Shown in pieces: positions 1 through 9,223 of a stretch of DNA of 64,000 nt; position 1 is the first letter of the stretch, and the number at the start of each line of letters is the position of its first letter. The notes under the pieces are model-generated. The model had not been told where the DNA came from. It saw only the letters and a list, made by a program, of their open reading frames with translations, and made no database searches. Position numbers and translations under genes: made by a program. The stretch spans positions 1 to 64,000 of the forward strand of contig JARRRI010000006.1 of assembly GCA_037380845.1 (NCBI GenBank), given 5' to 3'. This DNA comes from Candidatus Sulfobium sp. (GTDB lineage: Bacteria; Nitrospirota; Thermodesulfovibrionia; Thermodesulfovibrionales; UBA6898).

Positions 1-365
1 TTATTTGCGGTATCCAGGATCGTATAACCTGTAATGACCGAGTGGGAGCGGCCGTTGAGCCGCGAAAGCATTCGCCTCGCATCCCGTTCGCCGCGCGGTT
101 TTCCGAGGAGTTCACCTTCAAACAGGAGGAAAGTGTCTGCCGCAATGATAAGGGCGTTGCGGTATTTCGGGGCAACAGCCTCAGCTTTTTGCCGGGAAAG
201 AAAACGGGCCAGTCTGTGGGGTTCCATGAGGTGGTCCATCGCTTCTTCATAGGTCCCCGGGTCGACGCGGAATTGCAATCCCGTAAGTGCGAGGATCTCC
301 CTTCTCCGGGGTGAAGCGGAAGCCAGTACTATCTTCCTCTTTCTAAACGAATTGTCCGGCAGCAT
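1..365 (-). CDS. maf: Maf-family nucleotide pyrophosphatase (runs off the left edge; not in ORF track)
   Basis: Manual translation from ATG at 365: MLPDNSFRKRKIVLASASPRRREILA...IIAADT...LGKP...RMLSRLNGRSHSVITG, which carries the Maf signature motifs. Overlaps the upstream gene by 23 bp. Confidence 0.9.
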   Translation of the reverse strand, partial: MLPDNSFRKRKIVLASASPRRREILALTGLQFRVDPGTYEEAMDHLMEPHRLARFLSRQKAEAVAPKYRNALIIAADTFLLFEGELLGKPRGERDARRMLSRLNGRSHSVITGYTILDTAN

Positions 366-1545
366 ATCCTGAAGACCACGCCCACTGAAGGTTGAATCCG
401 CCCAATTGTCCCGTCACATCCATTACTTCACCCACAAAATACAGGCCTGCAACCTTCTTTGCCTCCATCGTTTTCGAAGACAGTTCCCTTGTATCTATCC
501 CTCCCAGCGTCACTTCGGCCCTGGAAAAGCCCGCTGTCCCGGCCGGCACTATTTCCCACCGGTGGAGAGCCAGGGCGATCTTTCTCAGCTCCCTGTCTGA
601 ATATTGGTTCATCGGCTTCGAAGCGAAGAATATATCGCTCCAGGTTTGAATAAATCGCTTCGGGAGATAGCCCGCAAGCAGGTTGCGCATTTCGACTTTC
701 CGTTGTCTCTTACTCAAAAATATCTCATATGCGTTCCCTCGCGGCAATAAATCCAGCAGGAGAGGCGTTCCCTCTCTCCAGTAAAGTGAAGCCTGGAGAA
801 GAGCCGGGCCGCTCAGACCCTCGCGGGTAAGAAGGACGCTCCCGCGAAAAGTCTTGCCGGAGCAAGTCACGGCTGTGTCGAAGGAGATTCCCGCCAGAGT
901 GCCGAAAGTTGTCCTGTCTCTCCGGCCCCACTGGAGGGGTACGAGGGCGGGCCTGAGGGGCGTGACGTTCAGGCCGAACCGGCGCGCTGTGCGGTGGCCG
1001 AAGCCGGTGGCCCCGAGCTGCCGGAAGGAAACGCCGCCTGTTGCGACAACCAGGGAGTGAGACCGGAAACGTCCCAGGTTAGTGTCGACCGCAAAGAAGT
1101 CCTGCTTCTTTATGCCTGAAACCCGGCAGTTCAGACGTATTTCGACATCCGATGAATCGCATTCCTTTTCGAGCATTCCAACGATTTCCAGGGAGCCGTT
1201 GTCGCAGAACAAACGACCATCTTCTTCATGGTAACGGATGCCGTGTTTTTCGAGCAGGCCGATAAATTCCTGCGATCCGAAACGGGCGAGGGCGGATGTG
1301 CAGAATCCCGGGTTCTCAGACTGATAATTTCCGGGCGAAGTATTCAGGTTTCCGAAATTGCATCTTCCGCCTCCCGAAACACGTATCTTTTTGCCTGTGA
1401 CCGGTGCATGGTCTATCACCATAACCGAGCGTCCGCGCGCCCCGGCCTCCGCGGCGCACATAAGCCCCGCGGCCCCCGCGCCGATTACGATGACGTCCCT
1501 GTAATGTTTCGCCGAACTGTCGCAGGCCTGATATGGGACTGCCAT
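343..1545 (-). CDS. HI0933/BaiN-family NAD(P)/FAD-dependent oxidoreductase
   Basis: GAGAAG Rossmann motif, SGGGRCN, ATGG, VTLGGI and GGFNLQWAWSSG. Confidence 0.92.
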   Translation of the reverse strand: MAVPYQACDSSAKHYRDVIVIGAGAAGLMCAAEAGARGRSVMVIDHAPVTGKKIRVSGGGRCNFGNLNTSPGNYQSENPGFCTSALARFGSQEFIGLLEKHGIRYHEEDGRLFCDNGSLEIVGMLEKECDSSDVEIRLNCRVSGIKKQDFFAVDTNLGRFRSHSLVVATGGVSFRQLGATGFGHRTARRFGLNVTPLRPALVPLQWGRRDRTTFGTLAGISFDTAVTCSGKTFRGSVLLTREGLSGPALLQASLYWREGTPLLLDLLPRGNAYEIFLSKRQRKVEMRNLLAGYLPKRFIQTWSDIFFASKPMNQYSDRELRKIALALHRWEIVPAGTAGFSRAEVTLGGIDTRELSSKTMEAKKVAGLYFVGEVMDVTGQLGGFNLQWAWSSGYAAGQFV

Positions 1546-1794
1546 GAATCACTCCTTCCGGTAAAGCATGCCTGGGGGCCCTGCCTTGGTGAAGTCTATG
1601 ATGGCACGACTGCGGAGGAATTTCAATTTCGGGCGTACTCACAGCGTCATTGCCGCCAGGGCTGTTTGAATTAGTCCGACAAGACTCCCGAACCGGATTC
1701 AGAGGTGACGGTGACAGGCGGATGTGGACAGTATGGATGTATCCTTCCGTTCTGTTTCGATTAAAGATCTCTTCTGAAACTGATAAAATGGAAC

Positions 1795-2790
1795 ATGGAG
1801 TTTATGGATTCTTACATAGGGAAGTATATAGTGCAATCGGTTTTCCATTCGCTGGTGGCACTGCTGATGGTGGAAATGTCCCTTCGCATATGGCAGACTG
1901 AGAGCGCCAGTGAGAGGTTCATGTACCGGCTGCAGGTCATCATACTGCCTTTTATAATGTACCCCGTCTTTCAGCTCATAAACCCTGCACGGGGGTCCCT
2001 CTATTTCGTCGAAGATTCCGCCTTTTTCAGCAGCATGAGGTGGCTGAGGCTCGATCTTTTCGGGCAGGTGCCTTTCTATTTCCTTTTTCTTGCCGTTCTT
2101 CTGGCCGTCTCGGTCCTGGTTGTTGTCCAGGAAGTGGTTCCGGTCGTGAAGCATTCCTTAGACAAAAACGGGGAATTCCCGGGGACGCCGGCTTCGCCGG
2201 AGGTCAAAGGTATGGTGGAAGAGATGAGCACTGCCATGAACATCGACAATCCTTCAGTCTTCCTCTTGGACAAGACGACACCTGTTATATATACGACGGG
2301 GACAAAGAGTCACTCCATTGTCATTTCCAGGGGCCTTGTCAGAGTCTTCGACGAAAGACAGCTCAGAAGCGCGCTTGCACACGAGCTTGCGCACATAGTA
2401 CGGAGGAGTAATATAACTACTCTTCTGGTTTTTCTTGTTCGCATCTGTATGTTTTATAACCCGGTGAGCCTTTTGGAATTCCGCAGGATCGTCCAGGACG
2501 ACGAGCATATTTGTGACGATATAACGATCTCGGTAACCCGTGATCCGAAGGCGCTTGCGGCTGCGCTTAAAGTGTTTTATGCCGGCCCCGGCCGGAAAAG
2601 CGGCGGGGGTGAACACGTCAGTGTATCTGCCCTGAGCGACAGCATCGAAAGATCGAGTCACGATCTGCTGCTGAAGGAAAGGATTGCACGACTCGAAAAT
2701 AGTGATAATCTGGAATATCAGCAGCCGGGATGGGGCAGATATTTGCTGACCCTCGGTGCGATAGTGGTTGTGAATTATTATGTGGTATGA
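1795..2790 (+). CDS. M56 (BlaR1-like)/M48 membrane zinc metallopeptidase
   Basis: N-terminal TM helices, AHELAH (HExxH), downstream EHICD, C-terminal TM. Confidence 0.8.
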   Translation: MEFMDSYIGKYIVQSVFHSLVALLMVEMSLRIWQTESASERFMYRLQVIILPFIMYPVFQLINPARGSLYFVEDSAFFSSMRWLRLDLFGQVPFYFLFLAVLLAVSVLVVVQEVVPVVKHSLDKNGEFPGTPASPEVKGMVEEMSTAMNIDNPSVFLLDKTTPVIYTTGTKSHSIVISRGLVRVFDERQLRSALAHELAHIVRRSNITTLLVFLVRICMFYNPVSLLEFRRIVQDDEHICDDITISVTRDPKALAAALKVFYAGPGRKSGGGEHVSVSALSDSIERSSHDLLLKERIARLENSDNLEYQQPGWGRYLLTLGAIVVVNYYVV

Positions 2791-2798
2791 AGGGTGAG

Positions 2799-3329
2799 AT
2801 GGCTGGATTGAAGAAATACCTGCTGTTTGTGGTGATGGTGGCGGCAGTGGTGTTCGCACTCAGGCTTCTCAACTGGGTGCCTCTGTCTGTCGAGAAGGGC
2901 ACGGTCCGTAAATACCGGACCATCGAGGACGTCCAGCGGGATCTGGGAATTAGGAAAATCCTCCTTCCGTCCTATTTCCCCCAACGTCTCTCGTGGCCGC
3001 CGTCCGAAATATTCGCCCAAAGCAGACCATATCCGATGATAATCATGTATTTCACCGACGAGAAGACCGGCAAAATCGTACTTGCCATAAGTCAGACCGG
3101 CTCTGGAAGCAGTGAGGCTCCCGCGCTGAGAATAGAACCCCATCGAATAGTGAAAGAAGAAAAGGTCATGCTGAAAGGCAGAGAAGCCAGGTTGTACCTT
3201 GCTTCCTGCCGGGGAGGGGGAGTTTGCAATTCTCTGACCTGGCAAGAAGCCGACTATTCCATGAAGGTGGTCGACAGAGGGCCGGAAAAAGAGCTCATCA
3301 GGATATCTGAAAGCATGCTTTCGGAGTAA
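2799..3329 (+). CDS. Membrane-anchored/exported hypothetical protein (DUF4367-like fold possible)
   Basis: N-terminal hydrophobic helix; LLPSYFP motif and ELIRISESM end. An alternative start at 2787 would overlap the upstream stop (ATGA). Confidence 0.65.
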   Translation: MAGLKKYLLFVVMVAAVVFALRLLNWVPLSVEKGTVRKYRTIEDVQRDLGIRKILLPSYFPQRLSWPPSEIFAQSRPYPMIIMYFTDEKTGKIVLAISQTGSGSSEAPALRIEPHRIVKEEKVMLKGREARLYLASCRGGGVCNSLTWQEADYSMKVVDRGPEKELIRISESMLSE

Positions 3330-3545
3330 ACGGTAAGGCGCATGGCGCTCAGGGCAGAGCGCATGGCTTCGAATCGACAAAAGAAAGTCTGCAGCAAGTG
3401 CCCTCCTTGGCGCAGAAACGGTGCGACTTCGATTTAATTTAGTTGCTGACAGCCGATAACTGAATGCTTACAGCCATGCCGTTTGCATTTCAGTATTGCC
3501 TTTACTCCATACGCTATCCCCCCTGCGTCTTTTTGCCTTACCGGA

Positions 3546-3585
3546 CTAGGTAACAATTCCCATGCAAATAGGAAAAACATCCAAT
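3546..3585 (+). promoter_or_regulatory. Two tandem imperfect TAGG-N8-CC(C/A)A boxes, candidate NarL-family regulator sites
   Basis: CTAGG-TAACAATT-CCCAT (3546-3563) and ATAGG-AAAAACAT-CCAAT (3568-3585), 22 bp apart, about 90 bp upstream of the 3678 start. Confidence 0.45.
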
Positions 3586-3677
3586 TGTTCCGGAACGGCG
3601 GAAAGAGTAACCTGAAATCAGAGGGACAGAAAATAAACAGTCAAAGACCCCTGGAGGGTCGGAAAGGAAGGTGGGAG

Positions 3678-4046
3678 ATGTTGAAGTTAAAGAACATAGG
3701 CGGAGAGAGTGTCAAGGCAGGGACCTACTGGAACTTCTCGACAGGAGACAGGGTCCAGATGGAGAGTGCAGGTATACTGCCGGGGAATGAAAGTCACAGC
3801 TACTACAAATTTCCACCGGCCGTCGTTTTGATTCTCGGACCGGTGCTCGGGCTGGCTTATGCAGTATTTCTTCCTTTCATAGGGATAGCGATGCTCGCGG
3901 GGGTTCTGGGGAAGAAGGTCTTCGGAGGAGCCGTGGAGACAGCTCGCAAAGGGGCGACCTTCAGCTGGAGACCGAGCGAAGCATACCTCGCAGGAAAGAA
4001 GGGCGAGCCGGAGGAGAAGAAAGAGGATAAGGAAAGGCGTGAGTAA
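3678..4046 (+). CDS. Small membrane protein of unknown function
   Basis: ATG at 3678 after a purine-rich RBS; GGESVKAGTYW N-terminus, long hydrophobic segment, charged tail. Confidence 0.75.
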   Translation: MLKLKNIGGESVKAGTYWNFSTGDRVQMESAGILPGNESHSYYKFPPAVVLILGPVLGLAYAVFLPFIGIAMLAGVLGKKVFGGAVETARKGATFSWRPSEAYLAGKKGEPEEKKEDKERRE

Positions 4047-4112
4047 AAGAATTGATAACAGGGGCTGCAAATGGCAGCCCCTGTTACGTAAAACAGGAAA
4101 CCGGAGGGACCC

Positions 4113-5504
4113 ATGCCGACCTATAAAAGAGCAGCAGCAATTCTGGCACTTGCGGTACTGGTGATTCTTGCAGGAGAGAGTCGTGCCTCGTACAATACGG
4201 GGGGAGAAGCGGCTATTTGTCTCGGCTGTCACAGCAGCAGAGACATGGCGGCAAAGTTTAAAAACGGCGAAACCATGTCGATCTATGTGGACCAGGGACT
4301 CCTTGGCGCATCAGCCCATAAGAACCTGGGCTGTTCCTCATGCCATTCCGATGTTTCCCTGGATAACCATCCGGCCGGTATGAAATTTACGAGCAGGAAG
4401 GCATTCAGCGCTAAAGCCTCGGGAGCCTGCAGGAAATGTCACGGTTTCAGGAGCGGTCTTCATGCCCGCATGCTGGCCAAACTGAAAACGGTGGTCTGCA
4501 CGGATTGCCACGGCTTTCACGACGTGAGGCCCGTAGAAGCCGGAATGGATTCCTGCCACGGCTGCCACCGGTATAAGCTTGTGATGCCATTCAAGGACGG
4601 AAGCGTGGAATCCGTGCACGTAGAGGAAGGAATCCTGAAGAATTCCGTCCACAACAAGCTGAGGTGCGTTGACTGCCACTTCGGCTTTTCCTCGAAAGAG
4701 CACCCGGTCCGGGCATTCGAAAGTAAAAGGGATTTCACCATAGTATCGACGGAGATCTGTCGCAGATGCCACTTTGATAAATACACCAAGACACTTGAGA
4801 GCATCCATTTCAATATCCTTGTGAAAGGAAACCTGGGGGCGCCCGTATGTGTGGACTGCCACGGAGCGCACAGTGTGGAGTCGGGAAGGAAAGAGAAGAA
4901 CAGGAGCGCGCGGAAATGCAAACAATGCCATGCGCTTATATACGCCGCCTATACGCACAGTGTGCACGGCAACGCCTTGATATCCGACAACAACCAGGAC
5001 GTACCGGTCTGTTCTGACTGTCATCGCGCCCACGATATCAGTGACCCAAGGCTGACGGACTTCAGGAACAATATCCCCCAGATGTGCGGCAACTGTCATT
5101 CTAACCGGGGACTGATGAAAAAATACGGCCTTTCTACGGCGGTCCTTGCATCTTATCTCGAGGATTTCCACGGTGTGACCCTTTCCTTTTACAAAAAGCA
5201 GGACGGTCCGGTGAGGCACATCGCCGTCTGCACGGACTGCCACGGCATCCACGACATCACCAAAGTGAAAGGACCCGGCGCAACCATTCTCAAGGCGAAT
5301 CTCGTGACGAGATGCCAGAGGTGCCATCCCGGCGCTACGGAGAACTTCCCCGACAGCTGGATATCCCACTACGAACCTGACTTCAAGAGGGCTCCTCTTG
5401 TATATGTAATCAACAGTATCTATTCTGTGTTCATCCCGTTCATGATCGTGGGACTGGTGCTGCAGATCATCCTGCATATATGGAGGTATGCCGTGAACAG
5501 GTGA
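4113..5504 (+). CDS. Membrane-anchored multiheme cytochrome c (13 CxxCH)
   Basis: Signal peptide, 13 CxxCH motifs counted, C-terminal TM helix, GGAGG RBS. Confidence 0.93.
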   Translation: MPTYKRAAAILALAVLVILAGESRASYNTGGEAAICLGCHSSRDMAAKFKNGETMSIYVDQGLLGASAHKNLGCSSCHSDVSLDNHPAGMKFTSRKAFSAKASGACRKCHGFRSGLHARMLAKLKTVVCTDCHGFHDVRPVEAGMDSCHGCHRYKLVMPFKDGSVESVHVEEGILKNSVHNKLRCVDCHFGFSSKEHPVRAFESKRDFTIVSTEICRRCHFDKYTKTLESIHFNILVKGNLGAPVCVDCHGAHSVESGRKEKNRSARKCKQCHALIYAAYTHSVHGNALISDNNQDVPVCSDCHRAHDISDPRLTDFRNNIPQMCGNCHSNRGLMKKYGLSTAVLASYLEDFHGVTLSFYKKQDGPVRHIAVCTDCHGIHDITKVKGPGATILKANLVTRCQRCHPGATENFPDSWISHYEPDFKRAPLVYVINSIYSVFIPFMIVGLVLQIILHIWRYAVNR

Positions 5505-5606
5505 GAAGGGTGCGCCGGATGATGCGGACCGAAGAAGCCTTGTCATCTCTATTTCTGAAAATGGCATTTTTGTGAATGGTAAAAGCGGATGTTAAGGAGG
5601 AAGGAC

Positions 5607-6350
5607 ATGAGTGACAAACATCACAAAGAATACATGAAAAGGTTCAATGTCTACCGGGTAATCGAGCATCAGGCCGCCGCGGTCACTTTTACAGTGCTGG
5701 CCGTGACCGGCCTCGCCCAGAAGTTCCATGATGCCTCGTGGGCTCAGTGGGTCATCATGAACCTGGGGGGAATAGACGCGTCGAGGGTCATTCACCGGAC
5801 TACCGGCCTGATTTTTGCCTTCTTGACGGTGCAGCATATACTTGTGGCCTCTTACGGGACGATGTTCAGAAAGTGGGCCCCCTCCATGGTGATCAACAGA
5901 AAAGATTTTACGGACGTAATCGATAACCTGAAATACTACTTCGGAATGGCGGAGAAGCCGGCTCGTTGCGACCGCTATGATTACAAACAGAAGTTCGAAT
6001 ACTGGGGCGTCGTGGTGGGGGGCATACTGATGATCCTGACGGGCCTGACACTGTGGTTTCCCACAGTGATATTCAGGGTGGCGCCTGTTTTGCCCGGGCA
6101 GATCATTCCGGCCGCAAAGGCGGCCCATACGAACGAGGCCATGCTTGCTTTCCTCGTGATCGTCATATGGCATATCTACAACTCGGTTTTCAGTCCGGAG
6201 GTCTTTCCGCTGGACAGCGGTATTTTCACCGGAAAGATCGCGAAGGAACGGATGGTCCATGAGCACCCGGTCGAGTATGAAAGAATTATGGGGGTGCAGC
6301 TCGGGGAGACCCACACCGAAGGCCCCGTTGACTTGAGAGACGTGAGCTGA
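5607..6350 (+). CDS. Cytochrome b (FdnI/HyaC-like) membrane subunit
   Basis: AGGAGG RBS. About four TM helices with His ligands (RVIEH, VIHR, AAHTNEA, IWHIY) and a YDYKQKFEYW motif. Confidence 0.88.
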   Translation: MSDKHHKEYMKRFNVYRVIEHQAAAVTFTVLAVTGLAQKFHDASWAQWVIMNLGGIDASRVIHRTTGLIFAFLTVQHILVASYGTMFRKWAPSMVINRKDFTDVIDNLKYYFGMAEKPARCDRYDYKQKFEYWGVVVGGILMILTGLTLWFPTVIFRVAPVLPGQIIPAAKAAHTNEAMLAFLVIVIWHIYNSVFSPEVFPLDSGIFTGKIAKERMVHEHPVEYERIMGVQLGETHTEGPVDLRDVS

Positions 6351-6424
6351 CCCCGAGCGTTGGAGGAATCTTTTTGCAAGGCAGGTAAAGAAGGACGCTG
6401 TCCCGACCGGAAAAGCAGGACAGG

Positions 6425-6461
6425 TCAGCCGTCATTCCCTCACATTGGGAATGACGGCTGA
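6425..6461. repeat. 15-bp-stem palindrome (REP-like; possible terminator)
   Basis: TCAGCCGTCATTCCC-tcacatt-GGGAATGACGGCTGA. Confidence 0.65.
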
Positions 6462-6562
6462 TAAGGACTCGATTACAAATATGGAAGGTCGTGTGAAGAT
6501 GGCCGGAATATGCATTGGCACCTCTTGTCTTGTCTGCTATAATCTGAATACAAGAGGGGGGA

Positions 6563-8425
6563 ATGCAGAAAAAAATAATAATCTCCACGATGCTCAGCGT
6601 TATCGTTATATTGCTGAGTCTCGGCATAATCAGCAACCTCAGCATCCACGACAGCATAAAACACTCGCTATCGAAAAGGTCTGAACTGGCCGGGCTGCTC
6701 GCCAAATATACTGACTCACTGCTTCAAGGCAATCTCACAAGGCTATATGACATTTCGCTCAGTGGCGCCATAGACCTGAATGACGGGGATTGGCGGCCGG
6801 AGGCCGGCGCCCTGAAAACGGCCTACCAGTATTCCATTTTTACCGACGGGATTTTTCTTCTCGACCTGAACGGGGATATCGTTTACACGTATCCGTTCGG
6901 ACAGATGAAGAAGAGAAACCTCATGAAAATTCCATACGTACACAGGACTCTTGAAGAGCGGAAGGCCGTCGTTTCGAACATCTATACAGAGGAGCCGACA
7001 AAAAGAAAAGTCATATATGTACTGGTGCCGCTGAGGGGCCGGGAGGGCGAAGTAATCGGCGCAGTAGGCGGGGAGATTAATCCTACCAACTATATTCTGA
7101 CGAATGTAATAAAGAGTATAGCTCCTGGCACGGATACCGTTATAGAACTGGTAGACAGCTACGGGGTGGTGATAGCTTCGAACAACCCGGTGCGGGTTTT
7201 TGCATGCAGCGATCGCAACAAGGTTTTGGGCAACCTGATAGCATCAAAGAAAAAGGCGGTGATGGAGTGTCACCGGTGCCACGGGGAAGCGGGTGAACAG
7301 GGCGACGTCGATTTCCGGAGGACAACAGACATGCTTGCTTTTGCCCCTCTTTCCGAGGCGCCCTGGGGTGTTACCGTCAGGGAGCCGCAGAAAGAAGTTT
7401 TTGCTCCGTCTTCGGGTCTGAAAAAGAAATTTGTAATACTGGGGTTTATATCGGCGGGCACGGCACTGCTACTGGCCATGGGCATGAGCAAGAGCATCGT
7501 TAATCCCATCAAGTCTCTCATTCGTGCCACGAACCGTATCGCGGAAGGTAACCTTAAGGACCCTGTGAGGGCCGTCTCCAGGGATGAAATCGGGACGCTG
7601 AGCGAGAGCTTCGAAATCATGAGACAGAGGTTGTCCGATTCGAATGAGAAATTTCAGAAATATAATGCGCAGCTTGAAATGCGTGTAATAGAAAGGACCA
7701 GGGAGCTTCAGCAGAGCCGGAAGCGTCTTGCCGTCCTGCTTCACGAGGTCATACGTGCTCAGGAGGACGAGCGGAAGAGGATAGCCCGGGAACTGCATGA
7801 CGAAACGAGCCAGTCCATAGCGGCCCTGGGAATGTCGATCGAGATAGCCGCGATCTCCTATAAAGGAAAGGAACTGTCGTCGGAGCATATAGCCGAGCTC
7901 AGTGGCAGGGTCACCCAGTTGCTTGAAGGAATCAGCCGTATTATACAGGACCTGCGCCCGCCCGTACTGGATGATCTCGGCCTCGAGTCGGCCGTCCGCT
8001 GGCTTCTGGAAAACCACCTTGCGGAAAAGGGCATACGATATGAGTTGAATTGTTCCGATGAATTTCATAACCTGATTACGGACAGTGAAACCATCCTGAA
8101 CGAGAAGACGGTGCTCATGCTCTTCAGGGTGATTCAGGAGGCGATCATAAATATATACAAACATTCCCGGGCTACCGTCGTTAAGGTGGCGCTGTCTTAT
8201 GAGGACCAGTCGGTCAAGGTCGGGATAGAGGACGACGGTGTGGGATTTGACGTGCAGGAGGTCCTCAGGGATGCCGAAGTTGGAGTGAGCGGTTACGGTA
8301 TACTTGGTTTGAAAGAGCGCGTGTCACTGCTCGAAGGAGTGCTGGATATCTTCTCCGAGCCGGGGAAGGGCACGTCAATAGAGATTGAAATACCCTTTAG
8401 GGCCCTGGAGCTTCGTGATGTCTAA
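6563..8425 (+). CDS. Sensor histidine kinase (dCache-like periplasmic domain with CxxCH, HAMP, HisKA_3, HATPase)
   Basis: Two TMs; CHRCH in the periplasmic region; RIARELHD phosphoacceptor; EDDGVGF and GYGILG boxes; extended -10 TGCTATAAT at 6535-6543. Confidence 0.93.
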   Translation: MQKKIIISTMLSVIVILLSLGIISNLSIHDSIKHSLSKRSELAGLLAKYTDSLLQGNLTRLYDISLSGAIDLNDGDWRPEAGALKTAYQYSIFTDGIFLLDLNGDIVYTYPFGQMKKRNLMKIPYVHRTLEERKAVVSNIYTEEPTKRKVIYVLVPLRGREGEVIGAVGGEINPTNYILTNVIKSIAPGTDTVIELVDSYGVVIASNNPVRVFACSDRNKVLGNLIASKKKAVMECHRCHGEAGEQGDVDFRRTTDMLAFAPLSEAPWGVTVREPQKEVFAPSSGLKKKFVILGFISAGTALLLAMGMSKSIVNPIKSLIRATNRIAEGNLKDPVRAVSRDEIGTLSESFEIMRQRLSDSNEKFQKYNAQLEMRVIERTRELQQSRKRLAVLLHEVIRAQEDERKRIARELHDETSQSIAALGMSIEIAAISYKGKELSSEHIAELSGRVTQLLEGISRIIQDLRPPVLDDLGLESAVRWLLENHLAEKGIRYELNCSDEFHNLITDSETILNEKTVLMLFRVIQEAIINIYKHSRATVVKVALSYEDQSVKVGIEDDGVGFDVQEVLRDAEVGVSGYGILGLKERVSLLEGVLDIFSEPGKGTSIEIEIPFRALELRDV

Positions 8426-9071
8426 AATAAACGTGATGATAGTCGACGACCACGCGCTTGTGAGGGAGGGAATAACGGCCCTGCTCAGGCTTTATGATGA
8501 CGTTCAGGTGGTCGGGGAGGCGTCTGACGGGTCGGAGGCCATTGCCAATGCTGAAAAATTAAAACCGGACGTAATCCTTATGGATATTGCCATGCCGGGA
8601 CTCGGGGGGCTTGAGGCCACGACGGAGATCAAAAAGAGAAATCCCGGAATCAGGGTCCTAGTCCTGAGCCAGTACGACGACAAGGAATACGTCAGCAGGT
8701 TCCTGAAAGCGAATGTATCCGGCTATATCCTGAAAAGGGCGGTGGGGGGAGAACTGATCACTGCCATAAGGGCCGTGGCCAGGGGAGAATGTTATCTCCA
8801 TTCTTCGGTAGCTTCCAAGGTTATCGACGGTTACATAGGAAAGACGACTGAGATGCCCAACCCTTATGACCTGCTGACCGACAGAGAAAAACAGGTGCTC
8901 AAGCTTGTGGCGGAGGGCAACACGCATAAAGAGATCGCGTCCATCCTCGGGATCAGCATAAAGACCGCCGTCGCCCACAACACCAATATCTGCGAGAAAC
9001 TGGGTATGCACTCCAAGGCGGAACTTATCAAATTCGCCATCCAGAAAGGAATAATAAGGCTCGAGTCCTGA
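8418..9071 (+). CDS. NarL/LuxR-family response regulator
   Basis: IVDDH, LMDIAMP receiver, LTDREKQVL HTH; overlaps the kinase stop. Confidence 0.95.
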   Translation: MSKINVMIVDDHALVREGITALLRLYDDVQVVGEASDGSEAIANAEKLKPDVILMDIAMPGLGGLEATTEIKKRNPGIRVLVLSQYDDKEYVSRFLKANVSGYILKRAVGGELITAIRAVARGECYLHSSVASKVIDGYIGKTTEMPNPYDLLTDREKQVLKLVAEGNTHKEIASILGISIKTAVAHNTNICEKLGMHSKAELIKFAIQKGIIRLES

Positions 9072-9104
9072 AGGTGCTTCGCACACCCCTTTGTCGAACG
9101 TCTG

Positions 9105-9159
9105 TTGAATTAAGAAAGGTTGGCCATTATAATAAACGGTGGATGTGATCTTGTCACAT
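9105..9159 (+). promoter_or_regulatory. Sigma70-type promoter plus downstream palindrome
   Basis: TTGAAT (9105)-N17-TATAAT (9128); ATGTGA-N5-TCACAT at 9143-9159. Confidence 0.55.
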
Positions 9160-9223
9160 GAATTGAGATTAGTTTAGAGGATTTTGGATGAACAGGTTAA
9201 AGCGGGGGAAGAAGGGAGCAGCA

